The notes below the pieces were generated by a model. The model saw only the letters and a list, made by a program, of their open reading frames with translations, was not told the DNA's origin and made no database searches. A stretch of 64,000 nucleotides of DNA from assembly GCA_965113315.1 (NCBI GenBank), contig OZ220367.1; one strand, written 5' to 3'. Source of the DNA: Podarcis vaucheri (lineage: Eukaryota). The stretch's first letter is position 1, and every line of letters starts with the position of its first letter. Positions 38,046 through 50,400 of this stretch are shown here, piece after piece. A program made the translations under genes and the position numbers.

Positions 38046-40344
38046 TGAACAATATGTGTCCATGCAGCAAGACTCGCTCTGTCTTTTGAAAGAGATGCAC
38101 TTAATTTGAAGCTTTGTTCTTATTCCAGAGCTCGACAGCCCTACAGAATGAAATATATTTCAGAACAGTGAAGCTCCACAGGATCCCTGATCTTCAATAT
38201 TATTGTCGGGGATATCTAATGTGGAAACTAGAAATAGTGATGTTAGTAACTGAACTGAAGAGCCTCTCCAGGGGATTTGCAATTTACTTTTCTTTCAACA
38301 ATGAAAAACAGCTTAGTTAAACTCTCCATGCTTCATGTAACAAGAAACCAAACACTGAAAGTGGAAAGCCAAACAATTGAGAACTTTCCAAACTACACTT
38401 ACCACATGGAGAAATGTGGTTACTTAACCCTTGACATTCTACAGAAATCCAGGCATTGAGCACTTTCCTAAATGCAAATTTAAAATCAGGGGCATGCTCA
38501 ACTCTAAAAAGAAAGAAAGGAAAGGAATAGAAGCCAAGAGTTGCTCAAAAGTTATTTCTTAAATTATAGTGTTGTACAATTCACCATTTAAAATGCAAAC
38601 ATGCTTCACCCTAGCATTTTTTCTTCCTTTGAACATATTCCTCCATTCTGTCTTTCTACCAAAGTGTTTACATCTACAGAACCACATACCGCAAAAGGAC
38701 AAACAGAAATAAGGGGAGTACATATCTTAAATGGTTTTTGACATGACCTTGGCCTACCATGAGAACGGAAGTGAAGGTGAAGGAATCTCAATGACCACAG
38801 ACTAGCTGTCTGTTGGAATATGGGCCAGAAAACTATTTCACTTCCCACATCTATGTAAATGCGGTTGGGCACAGTTCCTACCCAATTACCTCCCCAAAGT
38901 CCTCGGACAGAATGTCATTGATGGAACACTGTCATGGTTTGGAACATTCTGCAGTCATCTTTCTATATCATGGTAGGTAACAAATGTTTCCGTTCTTCCT
39001 TTCTTCTAGTCACATCAGGCAAGAATAGACATACATACTAGATATTCTTGTAGGATTAACTATGTCATCCCATTGCTTGTCAAAAATTGCACCTCCACAA
39101 GTGCAGCAGCACACAGATTGTAGACTGTCAAGAATTATGTATGCTACACCATAATTTTGCTTGTGACTTTATTGATAAAAGGTTTCCTCTAAATTGCAGT
39201 GTGAGAATGTGGTTGCTTTGAGAAGCATCAAGGAATTTAGCAACCTAGCCAGAAGCCACAAAGGAGTCTAAAGAACTTACTGTACAGCAATCCCTTCTGG
39301 AGTGCTCCCAATACCATCACTTAACGATCTGAACGGAGCATCTTAACCTAATTATTTGCTATCTGATAACATTTTGCCACAAAAATGTTTGCTTGAATGT
39401 ATCTTATCAAAGGAATGTTTGTGCCTCGGATTAGTCACTGCTTGGTTAAAGATTTGTGTAATCAGCTTAATTCGTTTTAAAAAATACAAATACCTATTAC
39501 CACTTAATTTGTATAATAGATATTGACTGTGCAATTAAAAATTAGCAGGGCCTATTAAAATCATAAGGTCAAGCAAACGTTCAACAATGCATAGGTTACT
39601 TCGCTTATCTTTTGTTTTGAGTTCCTATTATGCAGCACAGACCTTTTGGGTTTGCAGAACAGAAAAAGGTCACAAGTGAAACGAGATGAATATTCTCAAA
39701 TCATCCCTGGGCAGACATGTACACAGCAATACACTGCCTCTACTAATTCATCACTCTCAGGTTTGAGAGGTGGCAGAGGGTTCATAGAAAGAGAGTGGAT
39801 TGATGGAGCCCAAGAGGTGGGTAGTCCCTTGGGTGGGAATCAAAAGCCACTAAAAGAGCAGTAGGATAAAACCTGTTTCTCCTATCCTTTCATTACTCCT
39901 CACCAGTGAGCAATGCTGCTGTTTAAGATGTTCAAGGCTGCAAATCATATGAAAACTATTTATATATATCTATATCCTGATACCTTAATGAAGGTTTTTT
40001 TCCCTACCCTCCTTAGATTTACAGTGAGAACTTATTGCATGTGCTTATGATTCAATTGTGTTGAACCACTGACCTGTTGAGAGCAGATCTTACCACTATT
40101 TATACTGCAAAAGTTCACTGGCCTTAAAAAAAATTATCTATGTGAGTAACAAAAACAGATATTTGGGTACTGGGTTTTAGAATTTCATCAGGCTGATTTA
40201 GTCTGCCTAGATTACATTCAATATTATTTAAACAGACTACGAAAACTTGAAGAAGTAAACTAACACAACAACTACATACCTTCTGGAATATAATGAGACT
40301 GATACCAAATAATGAAGGGATTGTCTTTCAGCTAGCCATTCCCA

Positions 40345-40470
40345 GTCTCGTCCACTCCAGTTGTTGTTGGGACTATGTGACCCAGCATTCCTCACCACTG
40401 GCCATCCTGACTGGGGCTGATGGGAACTGTAGTCCAAAACACCTGGAGGGTACCAAATTGGGGAGGCTTA
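40345..40470. mobile_element. Short palindromic hAT-type MITE
   Basis: CTCCAGTTGTTGTTGGGACTA ... TGATGGGAACTGTAGTCCAAAACACCTGGAG inverted arms. A related half copy lies at 43437-43495. Confidence 0.65.
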
Positions 40471-41679
40471 TTGAAGTTAATAGGAATACAGGAAAATCTC
40501 TGTGTTCAGTGTGCTTGGAAGGAAAAGTGAGTGGCACACTGAGGTTTCAAGAGAAGCAGCAGAATGTTCATGTTTATGAACATTTCCCATGGTATTTGTA
40601 ACTCTAAGGTTTTATTGTACCTGCATAGCAATGGTGAGCTAACTATATAGTGGTATTTGACCATCCAAGATCCCAAAATCAATAAGCAATTAAGCCCAGA
40701 GGAAAATCACTCTAATAAATTATTGTCTATGGGTTTTATGCGATCCATTTTGGAAAGGCAGACCATGTTTATACGAGAAGAATTCCTTTCTCAATGTTAG
40801 AACCTGTGAGTGGGCATACAAGGAGATGATTCGGTTTAATAAGAAAGTGAGCAGGTCTTTCTAAAAGTTTTGTTAAGTTCATTTTGTAGAAATGGTTTAA
40901 TGTAAGGCTAATGGATGCTCAATTAAATTAAAAGGCAGAAAATAGTGAATTAATAGATGGCAAATAGTGTATTAAAAATGAAATTACTTTTCACATAACC
41001 AATAGACCCTAGAATTCATTTGCAGAGGGCACTTCTAAAATCAAATATCTAATGAACTTAAAAATGTGCCAGACTATACTATATGCTACATAAAATATAT
41101 ATACACTTCTAATGTACAAAGTTCTTTGCCATATTTGGCAGATATTTTATATTCATAACCTTATGAGGTAAATCAATATAATTTCAATTTTAGAGATGAT
41201 GGATAGAAGCTGATAATGTTGCTGAATCTTGTCTTAATGAGTTAATGGTTGCCTTATAGTGTGTTACTACTGTACCCCACAACCTAAGAGTTAAACCAGA
41301 TGGGAGGGGTATAAATAACAAAATAACTACTACTACCACTACTACAATCACCACCAATCTGCAATTATTATTAGCAAGGATGCACGCTTTTTGGGGGCCT
41401 CTCTCGATTTTCAGTTTCCAAGTCACCTGGTCTTGTTTCTGAACTGGCACCTGCAAGTTAGTAATGTGCCATACTTCTGTTTTTGATGTATGGACATGGC
41501 TGAGACTGCTGCACACCTATAGTTGGTTGTACTTTTCAGTCTGAAGGGTATTTTTCAGTACTGTTGCACTCTGCATATGTACTCTGATTGAATCGCAGAG
41601 GGGGGAAAAAGGAATCCTAATGCTAGCATTAGCCATGGGCAATGAGGTGACTGGCAGCTACTGCATGGCAACAGAAGGT

Positions 41680-42028
41680 AAGGCTTACCGGGCATGGGCC
41701 AGATCACTCCCACAGATATCCTCCGTGGGCTGGACCGGTGCAGTGCAATGTCGGAAATACTGTCTGCGCATGTCCGCGGTGCCGGAAATTACTTCTGTGC
41801 ATGCCCCAGACGCTGGAAATCGCGCCTGCATATAAACGATTTTCAGTGTCTGGGCATGCGCAGAAGCAATTTCTGGAGCCACGGAAGAGAGTCCCCGCAC
41901 CGCGCTGCTTTAGCGCAGCGCATGAGGACTCGCAGAGCGGGCGGCTTGGTTCAGGGGCAGCTTGTGGGCCTGTTAAACAGCCTCCATGGGTCGCTTCTGG
42001 CCCATGGGCCTTAGGTTGCCTACCCCTG
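41680..42028. mobile_element. hAT-Charlie-like MITE, left end missing
   Basis: Right TIR GGTTGCCTACCCCTG followed by GTGTAGAG, which resembles the Charlie NTCTAGAN target. CpG-rich interior with TGCGCATG repeats in an inverted arrangement. Confidence 0.7.
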
Positions 42029-42490
42029 GTGTAGAGGAATTCCCATCCTTACTGTTAGGTGCTGACTGATGGGGTGGCAAGTGCCACAGCTAGCTCCATT
42101 TACTTGCTTAACTCCTGAGTGGACAGCTGCCCTTGCTGACGTCAGCAGCCTGTATCCTTGCTGTGATTGCCATGCTCCAGTGCACACTCACGACAGTGTC
42201 TAGGGACACCAGAAAGCGAAAGCAACAAATTTATACAGGGTACTGTTGTGTTTCAGTGCTCGAGTTTGGGATGCAGCTATGTATGTTTATGCCAGAATCC
42301 AGGTCTGAAACATAAGGCCCTGTTAGGGCTGCCACAGGCCCTCCTTTATGCATCATCACCTTGGAAGTGGGGCAGTGAGGAGAGCTTCCAGATCTGTTTT
42401 GGACTCGGGGGGATCTGATCTAAAAGGGATCTGGGAGGGGGACACACCTGCCCCCAAATATTTTAGACTGAGGCCTCCTGCCTGCAATCT

Positions 42491-42670
42491 AGAGTGGTTT
42501 AACAATATGTCTCTCTTCACTGGTAACTCTGAGGCTCTGGGAGAGAAATACGGGCCTCCCACCAATTCTCAGCACCTTTAACAAACTGCAGTTCCTGGAA
42601 CTCTTGGGGGGAAGCCATGATTGCTTAAAGTGGTATCATAGCACTTTAAACGTTTGGTGTGAATGTGGCC
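42491..42670. mobile_element. Old squamate-type palindromic MITE fragment (Harbinger-like end)
   Basis: Homologous to 19524-19703. Ends GGTGTGAATGTGGCC. Confidence 0.55.
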
Positions 42671-42696
42671 TTGGTGAGATTGCTCTCCCCTTTATA

Positions 42697-42699
<3 letters not shown>

Positions 42700-42734
<35 letters not shown>
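42700..42734. repeat. (GT)n microsatellite
   Basis: Seen directly. Confidence 0.95.
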
Positions 42735-42735
<1 letters not shown>

Positions 42736-43632
42736 TTTTTGTTAAGTTCCGTTCCATTCTCAACTTGGCTTTAGTTCTTTGCTGGAACAAACTGCCTTGT
42801 CCTTTTGAATTTAGCTTGATCTGATAGGCCTTGGTAATCTTCTATGTGTTCATTCAAAGCTATGTTCGATTTTTGTTTATATTACAGATTCTCCCACATA
42901 GATATTAAGGAAATGAAAACAAGTTTTCCATCCAAAACAATTACAAAGAAAAAGCAAGCAAACAAGCATAGGTTTGCAGCAAAACTGCAAAGGAAGTCAA
43001 CTAAAAGTTTAAAAGAGGAAGAAGAAAGTTAGATTTAAGTGATGCCAATTAAGACTCACTCTCCTTTGCAGCAGGAATATGAAGGAATCACACATTAGGT
43101 CTAAAGGATATATCCAATTTTGTTCTACCACAAAAGAAGAATGCTTTAATTTTTGGCTTACATGGGTACCCAATGTTTATTCTGAGCTCCTAGATTGTGG
43201 GTAAGGATCAAATCCTATTCATCTTGAACTCAGTGGGTAACCTCCCAGTGGTTTCAAAACACAATCTTTGATCCTTCTCACTGGCAAATGAATCTCTTTT
43301 ACCACACAGACAAAAACACATTTCTCAAACCAAGCCTTCTATCCCTGTCATTTTTGTCCTAGATTGTTTCTAGGACATAAGGGGAGCACATCTTGGCAGA
43401 AGAGAACTTCTAATATCTGTGCCATATTTTATAGTACAGCCTTTGCCAACCTAGTGTCCTCTAGATGCTTTTGGACTATAATTCCCATCAGCCCCTCCTT
43501 CCATTAGAGCTTATACTCAGGTCTAAAAACTTTTCATGTAAGGGAACTATGAGAAGGGACAGTGTGAAGAAAGTACAGAGTCCTTTAGATTCACTATCAT
43601 TCAACCTGCACTGCCCAGCAAGACTACAAACT

Positions 43633-43770
43633 CATACCCTCCAACATTTCTCTGCTGAAAATAGGGACATCCTAGGCAAAAGTGGGGCATTCCAGAATCA
43701 AATAAGAAACCAGGATGGTTTCTGTAAATCCATGACTGTCCCTGGAAAATAGAGATACTCAGACGGTCTG
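43633..43770. mobile_element. Short hAT-type MITE
   Basis: CATACCCTCCAACA ... degenerate TCAGACGGTCTG ends, with repeated AAAATAGGGACA / TGTCCCTGGAAAATAG subterminal motifs. Confidence 0.55.
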
Positions 43771-45439
43771 CAAGCTAGCCCACCAGAAAGATCTTTCGCA
43801 CTAGATGCTACCCAATACTCACTGTCTGGTTCCTGCAGCTTATAGCAGTGCAACACTACCTACTTTGTTGCTAAGCCATAATATTTTCCTAGGTAAGGTA
43901 GCCATTTTGCTGAATATAAGCAAATACGTGTTGCAATCAAGATGGTAGAACAGCATTGGGAATGGTAGTGGAGAAATGGGACTAGGCTGGGGGGAGGGGA
44001 CAGATGGGCTTCTCAGAATGATGTTGGGTAGAAGGCAGAACTCTTCCCCCACACCTGAACCAAATACTCTCCTACAGCCAATCCAAAATTAAAATAGTCG
44101 TACACAGCCTTGGATCATATATTCAGAGAGACACAAAGCTTACTACCAGGTCTAAGAAGTTCACATACAGCATACCCAACACATTGTAATTTTATGTTAT
44201 TTTAAAAAACCCAAACTTTAGGTGTCCAGCCCAGAATGGATTGGCTATTTATTTTACTCTTTTATTTGTATTGGTATAATATAAAATTCTGAAAATCATG
44301 TAGCAGTTTCAGGTTAATTTGTTGTTATATTTGCCAGCTTATTTCATTGCATTATTAAAACATTTAGTACCGTATGTGTCATTAATATTCCAAAATGTAA
44401 TTAGCATATTTAATCAAAAACAATTAGGAGCAAGCACTGCTTCCCTTTTTAAGTAATAAAATATTTATGGCTGGAATAAACAAAATGAAAGCCAAAAAGC
44501 ACTTTGAGGTGTTGATTTTGTATGTGCGGAGGGGAGGGGGGTGCGGATAAAAGGGGGAAAGGAAACACATGAGAAAGAAGATAACTTCTAGTGCATAACT
44601 GCCTCTGGTGGATTTCTTCCATGGTTTGCCTCTTGGGAGTTTCAATCATTGTGTGTCAATTCCAAAGAAATAAAATTTCATTGTGGTTCCTCAATACCAT
44701 AATAATACTATAATAAAAGAAGATACGTGAACTAAGCAGAGTTGTGTAAATCCCACCTTGAATTAGCTTTGCCTGGTGAGATCTTCCTTGTGGGCTATAA
44801 ACACCGTGAATGCTGATTAGGGCTTGAGAATCTTGACACTAGAAACTTGACCAGAGAGGCAATAAAATTAAAAAGTAATTGATCTTATCAGAACTCTGCT
44901 TCACCATCCTCATTGCTGGGCTCAGGCGGGGGCTGCAAAAACGCCTTCTTCATATTTTTCCCCATTTTTCTTTATTGTCGCCATGTGTCGCATTGCTTTA
45001 GAGGTATCACGAGCAGTGAGCATCTAGGACCCTAAATAACTCCACTAAACACTCAAGTGCTCAGTCTTTCCCACACGTGGATTAGTAATAAAGCACAGGA
45101 TACCTGATAAGTCCCAGTATCACCTCTTTGTTTGTACTCAGCAGTGCATACACTTAGACTTAATTGTATTCAGCAGGGCTGAATATATTTCCGAAATTTG
45201 TATTTGGGTGCTTTTAATCTGGAAAAACAGAGTTGGCAATATAACTGGTTTGACAGGATTCTAGAAAGTAGAGCTGGGGCCAGGAAAGCTTCACATGATT
45301 TCAAAGTAGTAAAATAAAATGTAACGTTTAAAATTTAAAACCAAAACCAAATACCAATTATTGTATTTGAACAATGTCCACCATTGTTCCCATATGCTCC
45401 CACCGACACAGCAGGATTTCACCTTCCCTCTACTCCCAC

Positions 45440-46160
45440 GGAAGGCCTGGCTCATGGTGTGTAAGAAAAAGGACCCAGAAGTGGAGACAGCAAGAAAGAC
45501 CCTGGCCAGCTCCATCACCCAAGTGTTCTTAGAAGTGAGTGAATTAAGGACCTGGCTTGGATGTCATGCCAAAAATGGACACTGGTATTGGCAAGCTGCT
45601 CGGACAAAAACCATATTAAACTGCAGTAAGGGAAAATTCCAGAGAGTCCAATCATGAGTTAACCCTTTGGCCTGCCAAGATTCGGACCAGTGTACCAACT
45701 ATTCTGGAAAAAAATACACCAAAGAGCCAGACATTGGAACCTGGAGTTCAGCCTGGAGTCTGTGGCTGTCCCTTCAGAATGAAACCTCATGGAAATGCTT
45801 CAAAAAGTCTCCCCATACCTGCAAATCCTCCTGCACATCCTGTGTGACTCGTACATGGTGATGAGGCTTGGAGAGACCCTTTGTGATATCACAAAGCCAC
45901 CTCAGAAAGACCCATCTGGTGGGCAGCAACTCGGCAAGTGAAACTGAAGTGCCCCACCATCTCCAGAAATCCCTCATCCACACCTGAAGCTCTGACAGTT
46001 TCTCAGGTGGGTGACTGCATCAGTTCAAGGCATCCTATTCAGCGCCTAGGTAGGCAACTCTTGTAAGAAGGCCCCTGGTCTCCTTCCCTGTCAGTTGCAC
46101 CCCTGAATTCTCCTACATCATTGTGAACTTCCTCATAAGGAGATAACATGTCCGACTTCC
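45440..46160 (-). mobile_element. Decayed DIRS/Ngaro-type (tyrosine-recombinase) retrotransposon RT-RNase H fragment
   Basis: Minus-strand peptides with stops and frameshifts: GVQLTGKETRGLLTRVAYLGAE*D...PPEKL, VFLRWLCDITKGLSKPHHHVRVTQDVQEDLQVWGDFLKHFHEVSF, LANTSVHFWHDIQA...SLTSKNTWVMELARVF and HEPG. They match, in order, the DIRS-order motifs LGVPLA.EKTEGP...FLGIELD, FLRRL...DL..W..FL..FNG, V.F.CDN.A and HVPG. Confidence 0.8.
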
Positions 46161-46254
46161 ACACTGACCCCTGCATGTGGCTACATACCAGATATCAGGG
46201 TATGTTGCTTCCTCACTCTCTTATTCAGCAGCTACATGCCAGCATTGGAAATGC

Positions 46255-46337
46255 ATTCCTAGCCCGACCTAGCAATGCCAGGTCTTGAACGGGGAACATT
46301 CTGCATGCAACACATGTGCTCTGTCACTGAGCTGCAT
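46255..46337 (-). mobile_element. 5' (tRNA-derived) fragment of Squam2-like SINE
   Basis: ATGCCAGGTCTTGAAC...TTCTGCATGCAACACATGTGCTCTGTCACTGAGCTG is the reverse complement of the tRNA-like head. Confidence 0.65.
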
Positions 46338-47297
46338 CTTTCTCTCTCTCTCACTGCCCCCCAGATCATATTTCCCCACCCCCAAATGTTGTACTTTTTT
46401 TCTTCCTGTTGTAGAATTCAGGCTGTTTTCCTTCAAAAGAACCAAAATAATATATTTCAAAATACTATGTGTAATGCTGCTGCCCCAAAGCATGTGGAGG
46501 AAAAAGTATAGGGAATAGGAAAACTTCTGAAATGCAGAAAACGTTTGTTTACGTCTCTAAAGAAAACAGAGTGAAAGCAAACCAGCAAATAATATATACA
46601 ACAAGTCTCATGGGTAAAATTTAAACTTAAGCCCATGCTTTAACAAATTAAGAGCTAAATAATTTGCCAGTATTATAGTCCAGGCACATGAAAGCACTTC
46701 TGGAAATGAGATATATCTGCGTTTTAACAATTATATTTCCTGCACAGACAAAAAAAGAGAGAGAGCACGTACAATATACGGTTTTATTTTGATGAATGCT
46801 ACTGTAAATTACTATTAACCCTTCAGGGCCCCAGGAAATGATGTGGTCATTTGTAGCTGAGTCTGCCTGCTTTCTGTCCTTATATCTGGGAAGCAACTGA
46901 AGGAGACTGATAAAATTCAGTTTTTCAATAAGAGAATGTCATCAGGGACATCTCTGTGAATAAAAAGAGAGACGCAAAGGTTACCTCGTGTACCCTTGTA
47001 GCACAGTACATAGTGCTACATTTGAAACTTTAATTTATTGGGGGGTGGGGGGAAGAATCAAGTGTGGTGGTCAAATGGTTAAATTTTGCTCAGTAATTTT
47101 TTCATTTTTGTTAGTCATGAATATATCCAACCATACAGAGGCCATCAAAATCTTGCCACTAGAGACTATAAAGTCTACTTACATAGGGTTCCTGGGATTT
47201 TTCATGTTCTTATGGAAAATATCTCTGAAATCCCTGAGCTGAAAATTTTGATCTCATTTGTGGATGTGAGCGATACTGAGAAAGGGTTGAAGAGTGA

Positions 47298-47445
47298 NNN
47301 NNNNNNNNNNNNNNNNNNNNNNNNNNNNNNNNNNNNNNNNNNNNNNNNNNNNNNNNNNNNNNNNNNNNNNNNNNNNNNNNNNNNNNNNNNNNNNNNNNNN
47401 NNNNNNNNNNNNNNNNNNNNNNNNNNNNNNNNNNNNNNNNNNNNN
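47298..47445. other. Assembly gap (N run)
   Basis: Seen directly. Confidence 1.
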
Positions 47446-50400
47446 GTCTAATTCGCAGCTAATAGTTTCTTTCTCCCCCGCTCCTTGAAGTTTTGTTATG
47501 AAGTTTAGGAATGCAGATGAAAGACTGACACAAAGAAATATTTACCACAGCCTCCAGATTAGCAAATCACTCTCACAGCTTCAGTGCATACATACATAAT
47601 AGAGCTGGAGCAGTGTTTTGGACAGTAAACCCATTAACAATTTATGTTTTGCATATGGGAAATAGACAGCAATATGGTTTTCTGCATTGGGAATCATTCA
47701 TAATGATTAATATCCTGGGATCAAGGGAGGCTAGTCAGGCGTTCATCAGGGCTGCAAACTGAAGTGGTCTAGTCAGGGCCAGCCCTACCAGTAGGGAGAG
47801 GGAGACGGCTGGTTTGGCTATCACGAAAAGGCACCAGATTTTTAATTTTCAAAATTATTGTGATTATTATGATGGACAATAAATAATGGCAAGGAAGGTC
47901 GTTGCGCTGTTTTGTGGAATTTCTCAGCTGCCCTGAATGCTTGACTTTGGGGGTGGGGTGGGGGGCACAATTTGCTGCTCCACTGTCTTGGGCCTGATGG
48001 AAGAAAAGAGGTAACCTTTTCTGTCTGTGAAGATTCAACCCTTGTCACTTTCATCCTGCCCAACTAAATGCTGTACCATTAAAGAATATGAACATGTCTA
48101 AACATATAAGTTTAAGTCAGATGACTTGCTGAATGTCAAAGAGCCAAAATATTTCACACCTGCCTGGCAGGAAAATGACCTTCATGTACTATTATTAACT
48201 ATGATTCAGGTGGGATTAAGGTCAGCAAGATTCCCCACCACCACCATTCAAGCCAAATGTTCTAATGATGGACGAGAAATATTTAGCATTGCTCTGCAAG
48301 ATTCCCATACAGGTTTGTGATGTTAAACAAGATATTCAAAATATGCTTCTTTCCCTCCCATGGCCTAGCAAATTTGCATCAAGGGTTCGAATAAGGAAAG
48401 CCCTCTACAATTCTATGATGTCATATTCCAGTATTGCTGAATGTTTTATAGCCTGCACATTTGGTAATAATGGGTGTTTTTTGGGGGGACGGATGGACCG
48501 AAAGCTCTATCCAGAGCTTGTCTGAGGCCTGGGGCAGGAGTCTTGTTAGAATAAAGTTATAAACTCAAACAAAAAAGCAGCCTGTCCCTGGTGGGAGTCT
48601 TTGGCCAACTTAGCCCTCTGAGGCCTGGGACCTGACTTTATCATTTCCCTCAGTTTTCTGCTCCCTCCTGTTCTCCAGAATCTCAGGCCCACTTCTCCTG
48701 TGCCTTGAACCCATGCCATCCCAAGGTTGAGAGAATGCTCTAGTGTGAGGATGCTGCATTCTGTAGTAATATCCCCCTTTGGGGCAAGGGGGTTGAGACA
48801 GTGGCTGTAGTGATGTGCATGATGTCCATTTTACAAAAACTCTATGAATGTCACTATCATCTAGGAGAGTTCATACCAGGCTGTGGGGACCAGTGCATGC
48901 TATGCGCCAAGACCAGGGCTTCATTAGATATTAGCGCCATGGAAGAAATCTGGAATATGTGAAAAGATAACAGAAAAAAGTGCCTTGGACCAATTGCAGA
49001 GTGCTGTTCCTTCAAAAGCAGATTACACACATCTGTGAGAATTTTGAGGGTAGGAGCTGAGAATCCAGGCAGGTTTGAAATCTGCTAGCTCTCATTTTAG
49101 AGATTAAGCATTGCATGAGATTAACTGCAATTTTGATTTTTCTTCTGGTTAAAAATAATGTTAGAAGATGGCATCCACACACACACACACAAATGTGCTG
49201 ACTTTTAACACGAGCTAATCGATGCAACCATTGCAACAGATGTAAATTAGCTAGTGGCAGCATTATGGTGTATGCATCCATCCATACAAGTGGATCTAGG
49301 ACATGCAGATGTGACCAAGATGCTTAAATTTCACGTGACTAGTAGCCCTGTGAAATAATTTCATTTTGTTGCTGTTTTGCATGCTCTTCGATTGCAAAGC
49401 AAGCAAGGCAGAGCTGAAAGGATTATCCTGAAAGGCTTGCATTTGTCAGGTCTACAATGAAGATGTTCTGAGTCTTCCATCTGAGCTTGCATTCAGTGAC
49501 CGGCCCAGCATAGTTGCAGAATGGTCCTATTTATAAGCAATGGTAAATCCTTGCCAGCACAAAGCTGTCCCATTCTTAATAGCTTTAGAGATGCAATGTG
49601 AGCCTTAAAGGGCATGGCTAGTGGTCATTCTCCCCTCTCCCCTCCATGCTCTCATATGCTGCCCTACCCTCTTTATGGGCTTCCTGAAGCAGCAACATGT
49701 GGGGTTGCAGCTGAATTGGTGGAGGCATTTGGACTCACATCAGAGATCACCAGTAACTGATGAGGGTGCTATCTTAATTTAACAACCATAAACCACTGAG
49801 AAAACCCTTCTGTAATATTTAGCAAATATCATAAAGTTAGTTAGTAATTAGAATAACCCAGATAGCATTTCCTCCGAGTTTCCCCTTAAAGTACTTCGTT
49901 CTGGGGGGAAAGGTAACCATCTATTTCACCACAGTAATCAGTATTTCATATTGCAATCATTCATTTTTGCTAACTTGTTAAATCTAGCATCATACAGTAT
50001 GCAATGGAAGAAGAAAGATACGCAATCTGGGTGTTTGACTGGGGAAAGGTCTTACGCACAGTGCACAAATTTGCACAGACTGATTGAACCCAAATGCTTG
50101 TATAATAATCAGACAATGTTTGTAGAGTGATTTGAAGGTGAAACATAGTGTGTGGAACATTATTCATTATTATTATTTTATTTTATTATAATATAAAGGG
50201 TCATTGTGCAAAGAAGCACAACAATCTTTATGATGCCCATTCATTTTGCTGACTTTTTTGTCATTATCCTCCTTTGGTGATTAAGTGTCATTTGTCTTAT
50301 AATTTTAATGTTATCTTTAACACACATAATAAAGTTTACATAATTATAGCCTATTAATATAATTTGCATGCATGTTACCCGGAAGGCGAAGAAAATGTTT

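Noticed and set aside
38771-38976. Open frame ending at TAG|GTAACA
   Set aside because: Weak acceptor and no recognisable homology.
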